A stretch of DNA of 35,820 nt, taken from the NCBI GenBank assembly GCA_019310195.1, contig JAFDET010000014.1, forward strand, positions 1 to 35,820. Direction: 5' to 3'. The stretch comes from Deltaproteobacteria bacterium. GTDB lineage: Bacteria; Myxococcota_A; UBA9160; JAFDET01. This document shows positions 28,044 through 35,820 of this stretch, one piece after another. Each line of letters opens with the position of its first letter. The first letter of the stretch is position 1. The position numbers and the translations under genes were made by a program. The notes under the pieces were generated by a model that saw only the letters and a program-made list of their open reading frames with translations, did no database searches and was not told the origin of the DNA.

Positions 28044-29213
28044 GTGGACCTGCGTTTCACCCCCGAGCAGGAGGCCTTCCGCAAGGAGGCGCGCGAGTGG
28101 CTCGAAGCCCACGTGCCCAAGGAGCCGCTGCGCTCCTTCGACACCCACGAGGGGTTCGAGGAGCATCGCGTCTGGGAACGCGAGCTGAACGCCGGCGGCT
28201 TCTCCATGGTGCCCTGGCCCGTGGAGTACGGCGGGCGCGGCGCCGACCTGCTGGAGTGGCTGGTCTTCGAAGAGGAGTACTACCGAGCGGGGGCACCGGC
28301 CCGGGTGAACCAGAACGGCATCTTCCTGCTGGGCCCGACCATCATGGAGTACGGGACGCCGGAGCAGAAGGCGCGCTTCCTGCCCACCATGGCCTCCAGC
28401 GAAGAGGTCTGGGCGCAGGGTTGGTCGGAGCCCAACGCCGGCAGCGACATGGCCAACATCCAGGCCACCGCCATCCGGGACGGCGACGCCTTCGTGATCA
28501 ACGGCCAGAAGACCTGGGCCTCGCGCGGGGCCTACGCCCACTGGCTCTTCGGCCTGTTCCGCACCGACGCGGAGTCCGCGCGCCACCGCGGGCTCTCGTT
28601 CGTGCTGGTGCCCATGGATGCGCCCGGCGTCACGGTCCGGCCCATCGAGAAGATCAACGGCAAGCCCGCCTTCGCCGAGGTGTTCTTCGACGACGCCCGC
28701 GTCTCCGTCGAGCACCTGCTGGGGCCCGAGGGCGAGGGCTGGAACGTGGCCATGGCGACGGCCGGCTTCGAGCGCGGGCTGATGCTGCGCAGCCCGGCCC
28801 GCTTCCAGAGCACGGCCGCGCGGCTCGTGAAGCTGTACCGCGAGACAGCGCGGGCCGGCGCGCCCATCGCGCCCGGCATGCGCGAGAGCGTGGCGCGCTG
28901 CTGGATGGACGCCGAGGCCTACTGCCTGAACACCTACCAGACGGTGTCGCGCCTGCTGGCCGGAGGAAAGATCGGCGCGGAGGCCAGCCTCAACAAGATC
29001 TTCTGGTCCGAGCTCGACGTGCGCATGCACGAGCTGGCCCTGGAGCTGCTGGGACCGCGGGCCGAGCTCCAACCGTCGGCCCCGGCAGCGGGCGACGTGG
29101 GAAGCTGGCTCGACGGCTACATCTTCGCCCTCTCGGGCCCCATCTACGCGGGCACCAACCAGATCCAGCGCAACATCATCGCCGAGCGCATTCTCGGCCT
29201 GCCGAGGAAATAG
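28044..29213 (+). CDS. fadE31: Acyl-CoA dehydrogenase, FadE31-like (alpha subunit)
   Basis: SFDTHEGFEEHRVWE, FEEEYYRAGAP, WAQGWSEPNAGSD, GFERG and IYAGTNQIQRNIIAERILGLPR. Confidence 0.75.
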   Translation: MDLRFTPEQEAFRKEAREWLEAHVPKEPLRSFDTHEGFEEHRVWERELNAGGFSMVPWPVEYGGRGADLLEWLVFEEEYYRAGAPARVNQNGIFLLGPTIMEYGTPEQKARFLPTMASSEEVWAQGWSEPNAGSDMANIQATAIRDGDAFVINGQKTWASRGAYAHWLFGLFRTDAESARHRGLSFVLVPMDAPGVTVRPIEKINGKPAFAEVFFDDARVSVEHLLGPEGEGWNVAMATAGFERGLMLRSPARFQSTAARLVKLYRETARAGAPIAPGMRESVARCWMDAEAYCLNTYQTVSRLLAGGKIGAEASLNKIFWSELDVRMHELALELLGPRAELQPSAPAAGDVGSWLDGYIFALSGPIYAGTNQIQRNIIAERILGLPRK

Positions 29214-29214
29214 G

Positions 29215-30273
29215 ATGGACTTCGGCTTCAGCGAGGACCAGCACCTGCTGCAGCAGACCGTCCGGGATTTCCTGGACGGCGAGTGCACGCCCGAGTGGCT
29301 GCGCGCGGGCTGGGAGACCGACACCGGGCGCGACCCGGCTTTCTGGTCGCGGCTTGCGGAGATCGGCGTGCCGGGGCTGCTGGTTCCCGAGGACTGCGGG
29401 GGTCTCGGGATGGACGAGATCGACGCCGTGCTGATCTTCGAGGAGGTGGGCCGGGCGGCATTGGCCGAGCCGCTGGTGGGCACCGCCGTCGGCGCGGCGC
29501 TGCTGCGCGAGTGCGGCGACGCCGCGCTGCGCGAGCGCTGGCTGCCCGCCGTGGCCGAGGGGCGCGCGGTCCTGGCGCTGGGCCATCCCCAGAGCCCGTT
29601 CGTCGCCGACGCCCACGTGGCGGACCTGCTGCTGCTGGCCGACGGCGACGCCCTGCACGCGGTGGCACGCGACGCGGTCCGCCTGGAGGCGCAAGCCTCG
29701 AACGACGGCTCGCAACGCCTGTTCCGGGTGAGCTTCGAGGCGTCCGAAGCCACGCGTGTCGCCGAGGGCGAAGCCGCGCGGAGCCTGATCGATGCGGCCC
29801 TGGACCGGGGCGCGCTCTTCAGCGCCGCCCAGGCCCTGGGCGCGGCGGACCGGCTGATCACCCTGGCGGCCGAGTACGCGGGTCAGAGGGTCCAGTTCGG
29901 CGTGGCCATCGGAACCTTCCAGGCGGTCAAGCACATGCTGGCCGACGACAAGGTGAAGCTCGAGTACGCGCGCTCGCACGTCTACCGTGCCGCGCACTCG
30001 GTGGCCCGCGCAGTGCCCTGCCGCGCGGCGGACGTATCCATGGCCAAGCTGGCCGCCTGCGAGGCGGCCAGCCAGGCGGCCAAGACCTCACTCCAGGTCC
30101 ACGGCGCCATCGGCTACACCTACGAGCAGGACGTCCACATCTGGATGAAGCGGGCCTGGTCCCTGGACCTGGCCTACGGCGACTCCGTCTTCCACCGCGC
30201 GCGCCTGTGCGACGCGGTCATCGACGGGGCGCTCCCGGCGGAGAGCTTCGGCTACAGCCCGCGGGGCGCGTGA
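29215..30273 (+). CDS. fadE32: Acyl-CoA dehydrogenase, FadE32-like (beta subunit)
   Basis: RVQFGVAIGTFQAVKHMLAD and SLQVHGAIGYTYEQD. Short beta-type ACAD starting 1 nt after the alpha gene. Confidence 0.68.
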   Translation: MDFGFSEDQHLLQQTVRDFLDGECTPEWLRAGWETDTGRDPAFWSRLAEIGVPGLLVPEDCGGLGMDEIDAVLIFEEVGRAALAEPLVGTAVGAALLRECGDAALRERWLPAVAEGRAVLALGHPQSPFVADAHVADLLLLADGDALHAVARDAVRLEAQASNDGSQRLFRVSFEASEATRVAEGEAARSLIDAALDRGALFSAAQALGAADRLITLAAEYAGQRVQFGVAIGTFQAVKHMLADDKVKLEYARSHVYRAAHSVARAVPCRAADVSMAKLAACEAASQAAKTSLQVHGAIGYTYEQDVHIWMKRAWSLDLAYGDSVFHRARLCDAVIDGALPAESFGYSPRGA

Positions 30274-30299
30274 GGTAGCCTCGCAACGTGGAGGATCGA

Positions 30300-30734
30300 A
30301 TGGCGAAGCAGCGCGTGCCGGCCCTCGAGGGCTGGTTCACCATGGACGAGCAGAACCCGCGCCTGGTCGGTCTCAAGGACAGCGAGAGCGGAACCTACTT
30401 CTTCCCCAAGGACGTATCCGTGAGCCGCGCGCCCGGCCACGCCGACGCGGCGCTGGAAGAGGTGGAGCTGTCGAACACCGGCAAGCTCTGGTCGTACACG
30501 ACCAACCACTACAAGCCGCCGGAGCCGTACATGTCACCGGATCCGTTCGAGCCCTACACGGTGGCGGCGGTGGAGCTGACCGACGAGCGCATGGTCGTGC
30601 TGGGCCAGCTGGCTCCGAACGTGGATCCCGCCTCCCTGGAGGTGGGGATGGAGATGCAGCTGGTGCTGGGCACCCTCTACGAGGACGACGAGAACGAGTA
30701 CGTCGTCTGGAAGTGGAAGCCGGCGGCGGCCTGA
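30300..30734 (+). CDS. DUF35 / OB-fold acyl-CoA-binding protein with degenerate zinc ribbon
   Basis: GTYFFP, LSNTGKLWSYT, PYTVAAVEL, VLGQL and LEVGMEMQL motifs. GGAGGA precedes ATG 30300. Confidence 0.82.
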   Translation: MAKQRVPALEGWFTMDEQNPRLVGLKDSESGTYFFPKDVSVSRAPGHADAALEEVELSNTGKLWSYTTNHYKPPEPYMSPDPFEPYTVAAVELTDERMVVLGQLAPNVDPASLEVGMEMQLVLGTLYEDDENEYVVWKWKPAAA

Positions 30735-30760
30735 CCCCGAGAGCGGAAGAGGAGAGCAGC

Positions 30761-31948
30761 ATGAGCCACCAAGTCGCGATTCTCGGAGTCGGAATGCACC
30801 CCTGGGGCAAGTGGGGGCGCAACTTCGTCGAGTACGGCGTGCACGCGATCAAGGCCGCGCTGGCCGACGCGGGCCTCGACTGGAAGCAGGTCCAGTTCGT
30901 GGCCGGCGGCGACACGATCCGCAACGGCTACCCGGGCTACGTGTCCGGAGCGACCTTCGCCAAGGCCATGGGCTGGACCGGAATCCCCGTGGCCAGCACC
31001 TACGCGGCCTGCGCCACCGGCGCCCAGGCCATGGAGGTGGCGCGCACCCGGATCCTGGCCGGGATGTGCGAGGTGGCCGTGGTGGTGGGCGCGGACACCA
31101 CGCCCAAGGGTTTCCTCGCCCCCAGCAAGGGCGACCGCGTGCTCGACCCGGACTGGCTGCGCTTCCGCCTGCTGGGCGCCACCAACCCGACTTATTTCGG
31201 GCTCTACGCCCGACGGCGCATGGACCTGTACGGCGCCACCGAGCAGGACTTCGCCCACATCAAGGTGAAGAACAGCCGGCACGGCGCCACCAATCCCAAC
31301 GCCCGCTACAAGAAGGTCTTCACCGAGGAGGAGGTGCTCGCCTCGGCCATGGTGGCCGACCCGCTGCGGCTCTTCGAGATCTGCGCCACCAGTGACGGCG
31401 GCGCGGCGGTGGTGCTGTCGTCTCTGGACTTCGCACGCCGGCACAGCACCGAGCCGGTGCGGATCGCGGCCATCTCCACGGTGACACCCACCTTCCCCGA
31501 CACCTACATGGACATGCCGAACTTCTCGACGGACTCGGCAGCGGGAATCGCCGCGCCGGACCGGAGCTTCAAGGACTCGATCTCCCACGCGGCCTACGAA
31601 GAGGCGGGAATCGGGCCCGAGGACCTGTCGCTGGCCGAGGTCTACGACCTCTCGTCGGCCCTGGAGCTGGACTGGTACGAGAACATCGGCCTGTGCAAGC
31701 CGGGCGAGGCGGAGCGGCTGCTGCGCGAGGGCGACACCGCCATCGGCGGCCGCATCCCGGTGAACGCGAGCGGCGGACTGGCCTGCTTCGGCGAGGCGGT
31801 TCCCGCACAGGCCATCGCCCAGGTCTGCGAGCTGGTCTGGCAGATCCGCGGGCAGGCCGGCGACCGTCAGGTCGCGGGCGCCAAGGCGGGAATCACGGCG
31901 AACCAGGGCCTGTTCGGCCACGGCTCGTCGGTCATCTGCGTCAAGTAG
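30761..31948 (+). CDS. SCP-x/Ltp-type thiolase-superfamily protein
   Basis: VAILGVGMHPWGK, AACATG, KVKNSRHG..NPNA, SDGGAAVVL, EVYD and PVNASGGL motifs. Paired with DUF35. Confidence 0.85.
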   Translation: MSHQVAILGVGMHPWGKWGRNFVEYGVHAIKAALADAGLDWKQVQFVAGGDTIRNGYPGYVSGATFAKAMGWTGIPVASTYAACATGAQAMEVARTRILAGMCEVAVVVGADTTPKGFLAPSKGDRVLDPDWLRFRLLGATNPTYFGLYARRRMDLYGATEQDFAHIKVKNSRHGATNPNARYKKVFTEEEVLASAMVADPLRLFEICATSDGGAAVVLSSLDFARRHSTEPVRIAAISTVTPTFPDTYMDMPNFSTDSAAGIAAPDRSFKDSISHAAYEEAGIGPEDLSLAEVYDLSSALELDWYENIGLCKPGEAERLLREGDTAIGGRIPVNASGGLACFGEAVPAQAIAQVCELVWQIRGQAGDRQVAGAKAGITANQGLFGHGSSVICVK

Positions 31949-31975
31949 GAATCGTAGAAAGATAGGAGTAGAACG

Positions 31976-33055
31976 ATGGCAGAGGCATTCATCATCGACG
32001 CCGTGCGCACGCCCGTGGGCAAGCGCAGCGGCGGGCTCTCGACGGAGCACTCGGCGGACCTGGGCGCCCACGTGATCAAGGCGCTGATGCAGCGAACCGG
32101 CGTGGACCCGGGCGCGGTAGAGGACGTGATCTTCGGCTGTTGCGACACGGTCGGCACCCAGGCCGGCGACATCGCGCGCACCTGCTGGCTGGCGGCCGGC
32201 CTGCCGGACCACGTTCCCGGCGTGACCATCGACCGCCAGTGCGGATCGTCCCAGCAGTCCGTGCACTTCGCCGCCCAGGGCGTGATGAGCGGCACCAGCG
32301 ACCTGATCGTCGCCGGCGGCGTGCAGAACATGAGCCAGATCCCCATCTCCTACGCCATGACCGCCGCCGAGCCCCTGGGCATGGAGAACCCCTTCCACGG
32401 GTCCAAGGGCTGGGTCGAGCGCTACGGCACCCAGGAGGTCTCCCAGTTCCACGAGCGCGCCCTGCGTGCCATCGACGAGGGGCGCTTCGACAACGAGATC
32501 GTGCCCTACGGCGACGTCACCACCGACGAGGGCCCGCGACGCGGCACCAGCCTGGAGAAGATGGCGAGCCTGCCGCTCCTGATCGAAGGCGGGCGGCTCA
32601 CCGCCGCGGTGGCCAGCCAGATCTCCGACGGTGCAACCGCCCTGCTGGTGGCCTCGGAGCAGGCGGTCAAGGACCACGGACTCACGCCGCGCGCACGAGT
32701 CCACCACATGAGCGTGCGCGCCGACGACCCCATCTACATGCTCACCGCCCCGATTCCCGCCACCCAGTACGCGCTGAAGAAGGCCGGGATGAGTCTGGAC
32801 CAGATCGACGCCGTCGAGATCAACGAAGCCTTCGCCCCGGTGGTGTTGGCCTGGGAGAAGGAACTTCACCCGGACATGGAGAAGGTGAACCCCAACGGCG
32901 GCGCCATCGCCCTGGGACACCCCATCGGCGCCACCGGCACACGCCTCATGGCCACACTGCTCAACGAGCTGGAGCGCAGCGGCGGCCGCTACGGGCTGCA
33001 GACCATGTGCGAGGGCGGCGGCCAGGCCAACGTGACCATCATCGAGCGCCTGTAG
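31976..33055 (+). CDS. fadA6: Acetyl-CoA C-acyltransferase FadA6-like, with apparent in-frame deletion of about 24 residues
   Basis: DRQCGSSQQ, GGVQNMSQIPIS, RYGTQEVSQF, NEAFA, GHPIGATG and QTMCEGGG motifs. 359 aa, shorter than the usual ~385. Confidence 0.85.
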   Translation: MAEAFIIDAVRTPVGKRSGGLSTEHSADLGAHVIKALMQRTGVDPGAVEDVIFGCCDTVGTQAGDIARTCWLAAGLPDHVPGVTIDRQCGSSQQSVHFAAQGVMSGTSDLIVAGGVQNMSQIPISYAMTAAEPLGMENPFHGSKGWVERYGTQEVSQFHERALRAIDEGRFDNEIVPYGDVTTDEGPRRGTSLEKMASLPLLIEGGRLTAAVASQISDGATALLVASEQAVKDHGLTPRARVHHMSVRADDPIYMLTAPIPATQYALKKAGMSLDQIDAVEINEAFAPVVLAWEKELHPDMEKVNPNGGAIALGHPIGATGTRLMATLLNELERSGGRYGLQTMCEGGGQANVTIIERL

Positions 33056-33084
33056 CGGCGGCAGCAGAGGAAGAGAAGAGAATC

Positions 33085-33987
33085 ATGGGAATTTGTGACG
33101 GGCGCGTCGTGATCGTGACGGGCGCCGGGCGCGGAATCGGGCGCGAGCACGCGCTGGCCTTCGCCGGCGAGGGCGCCAAGGTCGTGGTGAACGACCTGGG
33201 CGTATCGCTGGCCGGCGAGGGAGGCTCCCTCTCCCCGGCGGAAGAGGTGGTGAAGGAGATCGAGGCGCTGGGCGGCGAGGCCGTGACCAACGGCGCCGAC
33301 GTCGCCGACCTGGAGCAGGCCGGCGAGCTGATCAAGGCCGCCATCGACCGCTTCGGCGGCCTCGACGTGGTGGTGAACAACGCCGGCGTGGTGCGCGACC
33401 GCATGTTCGTATCGTGCAGCGAGGACGAGTGGGACGCGGTGATCCGCGTGCACATGAAGGGCCACTTCGCGGTCTCGAACCAGGCCTGTGCGTACTGGCG
33501 CAAGCGCGCCAAGGCCGGGGAGCCGGTGGACGCCCGCATCATCAACACCAGCTCCGGAGCGGGCCTCCAGGGCTCCGTGGGTCAGAGCGCCTACTCCGCG
33601 GCCAAGGCCGGCATCGCGGCTCTCACCCTGGTGCAGGCCGCCGAGCTGGGCCGCTACGGCATCACCTCCAATGCCCTGGCACCCTCGGCACGCACGCGCA
33701 TGACCGAGGAGGTGTTTGCGGAGATGATGGCCGCGCCCGACGAGGGCTTCGACGCCATGGACCCGGCCAACATCTCGCCCCTGGTGGTCTGGCTGGGCAG
33801 CGCCGAGTCCCGCGACGTCAGCGGTCGCGTCTTCGAGCTGGCCGGCGGCAAGATCAGCATCGCCGACGGCTGGCGCAGCGGTCCCGAGGTGGACAAGGGC
33901 GCACGCTGGGCACCCGACGAGGTGGGCGCCGCGGTGCACGAGCTGCTCCAGAAAGCGGTCCCGCCCCAGAAGGTGTACGGCACCTGA
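33085..33987 (+). CDS. Short-chain dehydrogenase/reductase, Rv3548c-like
   Basis: MGICDGRVVIVTGAGRGIG, NNAGVVRDRM, RIINTSSGAGLQGSVGQ and YSAAKAG. Ends PPQKVYGT. Confidence 0.9.
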   Translation: MGICDGRVVIVTGAGRGIGREHALAFAGEGAKVVVNDLGVSLAGEGGSLSPAEEVVKEIEALGGEAVTNGADVADLEQAGELIKAAIDRFGGLDVVVNNAGVVRDRMFVSCSEDEWDAVIRVHMKGHFAVSNQACAYWRKRAKAGEPVDARIINTSSGAGLQGSVGQSAYSAAKAGIAALTLVQAAELGRYGITSNALAPSARTRMTEEVFAEMMAAPDEGFDAMDPANISPLVVWLGSAESRDVSGRVFELAGGKISIADGWRSGPEVDKGARWAPDEVGAAVHELLQKAVPPQKVYGT

Positions 33988-33997
33988 GAGGCGAAGC

Positions 33998-35116
33998 GTG
34001 AACTTCGACTTCACCGACGAGCAGGAAGAGCTGCGAGCAACCGCGCGCACTTTCCTCGCAGACCGCTCCGCCTCCGAGGACGTGCGCCGCGCCATGGAGA
34101 GCGGCGCCGGCAGCGACCCGGAGCTGTGGAAGCAGATGGGCGCGGAGCTGGGCTGGACGGCCGTCACGATCCCCGAGGAGTGCGGTGGGCTGGGGCTTTC
34201 CCAGGTCGAGCTCGCGGCGCTGCTGGAGGTGATGGGCGAGTTCCTGGTCTGCGCGCCGTTCTTCTCCACGGTCTGCCTGGGCGCGAACGCGATTCTGTGC
34301 GCCGGCAGCGAGGCCCAGCAGGCGGCGCTGTTGCCGGCGATCGCGGAGGGACAGTGCCGCGCCACGCTGGCGGGCAACGCCTGGGAAGCGGGCGGGCTGG
34401 GCACCAGCGCCCGGCGGGACGGCGATTCCTTCGTGCTCTCCGGCGGCGAGCCCCACGTCCTGGACGGCCACAGCGCCGACCTGCTCGTGATCGCCGCGCG
34501 TCTCGACGACCAGCCCGCCCTGTTCGCCGTGCCGGCCGGCAGCGAGGGGCTCCGCAGGGAAGCGCGACCCACCATGGACCAGACCCGCCGGCTGGCCGCG
34601 CTGGAGTTCCACGACGTGCGCCTCCCGGCGGAGGCGCGCCTGGGCGGCGACGCTGCGGATCCTTCGGCCTGGGAGCGCGTCCTGGCCCGCGCCACCGTAG
34701 CTCTGGCCGTCGAGCAGGTCGGCGGGGCCCAGCGCTGCCTGGACATGGCGGTCGAGTACGCCAAGGAGCGGGAGCAGTTCGGCCGACCCATCGGCTCGTT
34801 CCAGGCCATCAAGCACACCTGCGCCGACATGATGATCGCCGTGGAGGCGGCGCGCTCCGGGGTCTACTACGCGGCCTGCGCTGCGGCCGAAGCGTCCTAC
34901 GAGCTTCCGGTCCTGGCCTCGCTGGCCAAGGCCACCGCCTCCGAGGCCTACTTCCGCTGCGCGGCCGATTCGCTGCAGATCCACGGCGGGGTGGGATTCA
35001 CCTGGGAGTACGACGTCCACCTGCACCTCAAACGCGCCCGTGCCGGTGAACACATGCTCGGCGACCCGGCCTTCCACCGCGAACGCGTCGCGCGGGCCAT
35101 CGGACTGGACGCATGA
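33998..35116 (+). CDS. Acyl-CoA dehydrogenase (beta-subunit type)
   Basis: MDQTRR, REQFGRPIGSFQAIKH and LQIHGGVGFTWEYDVHLHLKRA motifs. Confidence 0.88.
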   Translation: MNFDFTDEQEELRATARTFLADRSASEDVRRAMESGAGSDPELWKQMGAELGWTAVTIPEECGGLGLSQVELAALLEVMGEFLVCAPFFSTVCLGANAILCAGSEAQQAALLPAIAEGQCRATLAGNAWEAGGLGTSARRDGDSFVLSGGEPHVLDGHSADLLVIAARLDDQPALFAVPAGSEGLRREARPTMDQTRRLAALEFHDVRLPAEARLGGDAADPSAWERVLARATVALAVEQVGGAQRCLDMAVEYAKEREQFGRPIGSFQAIKHTCADMMIAVEAARSGVYYAACAAAEASYELPVLASLAKATASEAYFRCAADSLQIHGGVGFTWEYDVHLHLKRARAGEHMLGDPAFHRERVARAIGLDA

Positions 35117-35820
35117 GCGTGAAGATCGATCTCACGGGACGCGTGGCCATCGTCACGGGCGGCGCGCGCGGCGTCGGCCGCGGCATCAGCGAGCGCTTCC
35201 TGGAAGCCGGCGCCGAAGTGGTGATCTGCGGCCGCAACGAGCCGGAGTCGCCGCCCCAGGCCGACGGACGGCAAGCCGTCTTCACGCCCGGCGACGTGCG
35301 CGACGTGGAGCAGATCGACGCCATCGTGGCCTTCACCACCGAGCGCTTCCAGCGATTGGACGTGCTGGTGAACAACGCCGGCGGCTCGCCCCACGCGGAG
35401 GCCGCAACCGCCTCACCGCGCTTCTCCGAGGCCATCGTCGCGCTCAACCTGATGGCTCCCTTGCACTTCAGCCAGCGCGCCAACGCGGTGATGCAGGAGC
35501 AGGACGAAGGCGGCAGCATCGTGAACGTGGCCAGCGTCTCGGGAATCCGGCCCTCACCGGGCACCGCAGCGTACGGCGCCGCGAAGGCGGGCCTGCTCTC
35601 GCTGACCCAGACCCTGGCCGTGGAGTGGGCGCCCAAGGTCCGCGTCAACGCGGTGACGGCGGGCATGATCCGCACCGAGCAGTCCCAGCTGCACTACGGC
35701 GACGAGGCGGGCCTGGCTGCGGTGGCGGCGACGGTCCCGCTGGGACGCATGGGCGAGCCCCGCGACGTGGGCGACCTGTGCCTGTTCCTGGCGTCGCCGC
35801 TGGCCTCCTACGTCAGCGGG
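35113..35820 (+). CDS. Short-chain dehydrogenase/reductase, Rv3549c-like (3' end truncated by the window)
   Basis: ATG 35113 overlaps the upstream TGA. Reads MSVKIDLTGRVAIVTGGARGVGRG, NNAGGSP, RPSPGTAAYGAAKAG, LAVEWAPKVRVN and LASPLASYVSG. Absent from the ORF track because it has no stop in the window. Confidence 0.9.
   Translation, partial: MSVKIDLTGRVAIVTGGARGVGRGISERFLEAGAEVVICGRNEPESPPQADGRQAVFTPGDVRDVEQIDAIVAFTTERFQRLDVLVNNAGGSPHAEAATASPRFSEAIVALNLMAPLHFSQRANAVMQEQDEGGSIVNVASVSGIRPSPGTAAYGAAKAGLLSLTQTLAVEWAPKVRVNAVTAGMIRTEQSQLHYGDEAGLAAVAATVPLGRMGEPRDVGDLCLFLASPLASYVSG

Overview
GC-rich (roughly 70% by eye) bacterial chromosomal DNA, densely packed, with about 33 protein-coding genes and no recognisable rRNA, tRNA, CRISPR array or transposase. 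The gene mix (asnS, lipoprotein PQQ dehydrogenase, rhomboid-TPR fusion, Hanks kinase, F420-type LLM) suggests a high-GC non-actinobacterial host such as a Myxococcota-like lineage; this is inference. The left two-thirds is a mixed region: methyltransferases, rhomboid, GT2, asnS, ceramidase-like, TerB-like, prpE, Ser/Thr kinase with zinc ribbons, broken egtD, C26 hydrolase, Ntn acylase, PIMT-like, PpiC+HupE/UreJ, two-domain PPK2, GST, CBS, LLM and PQQ dehydrogenase. From 24553 to the end runs a steroid C/D-ring (HIP) catabolic operon: ipdA-ipdB-ipdC-echA20-fadE31/32-like, DUF35 + atypical thiolase, fadA6, SDR, ACAD, SDR. Most notable observations: (1) a two-copy palindromic intergenic element built from a 44-bp unit with a variable central spacer; (2) a GT2 resembling the animal queuosine-tRNA galactosyltransferase QTGAL along its whole length, abutting asnS; (3) a palindromic operator on the ipdA promoter and a separate exact KstR-consensus box at the LLM/PQQ divergon; (4) repeated leaderless-type promoter architecture; (5) two internal deletions of about 25 codons (egtD, fadA6); (6) a cysteine-less DUF35 paired with a non-canonical thiolase. 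All family calls are from motif recognition and remembered reference sequences, not database searches.
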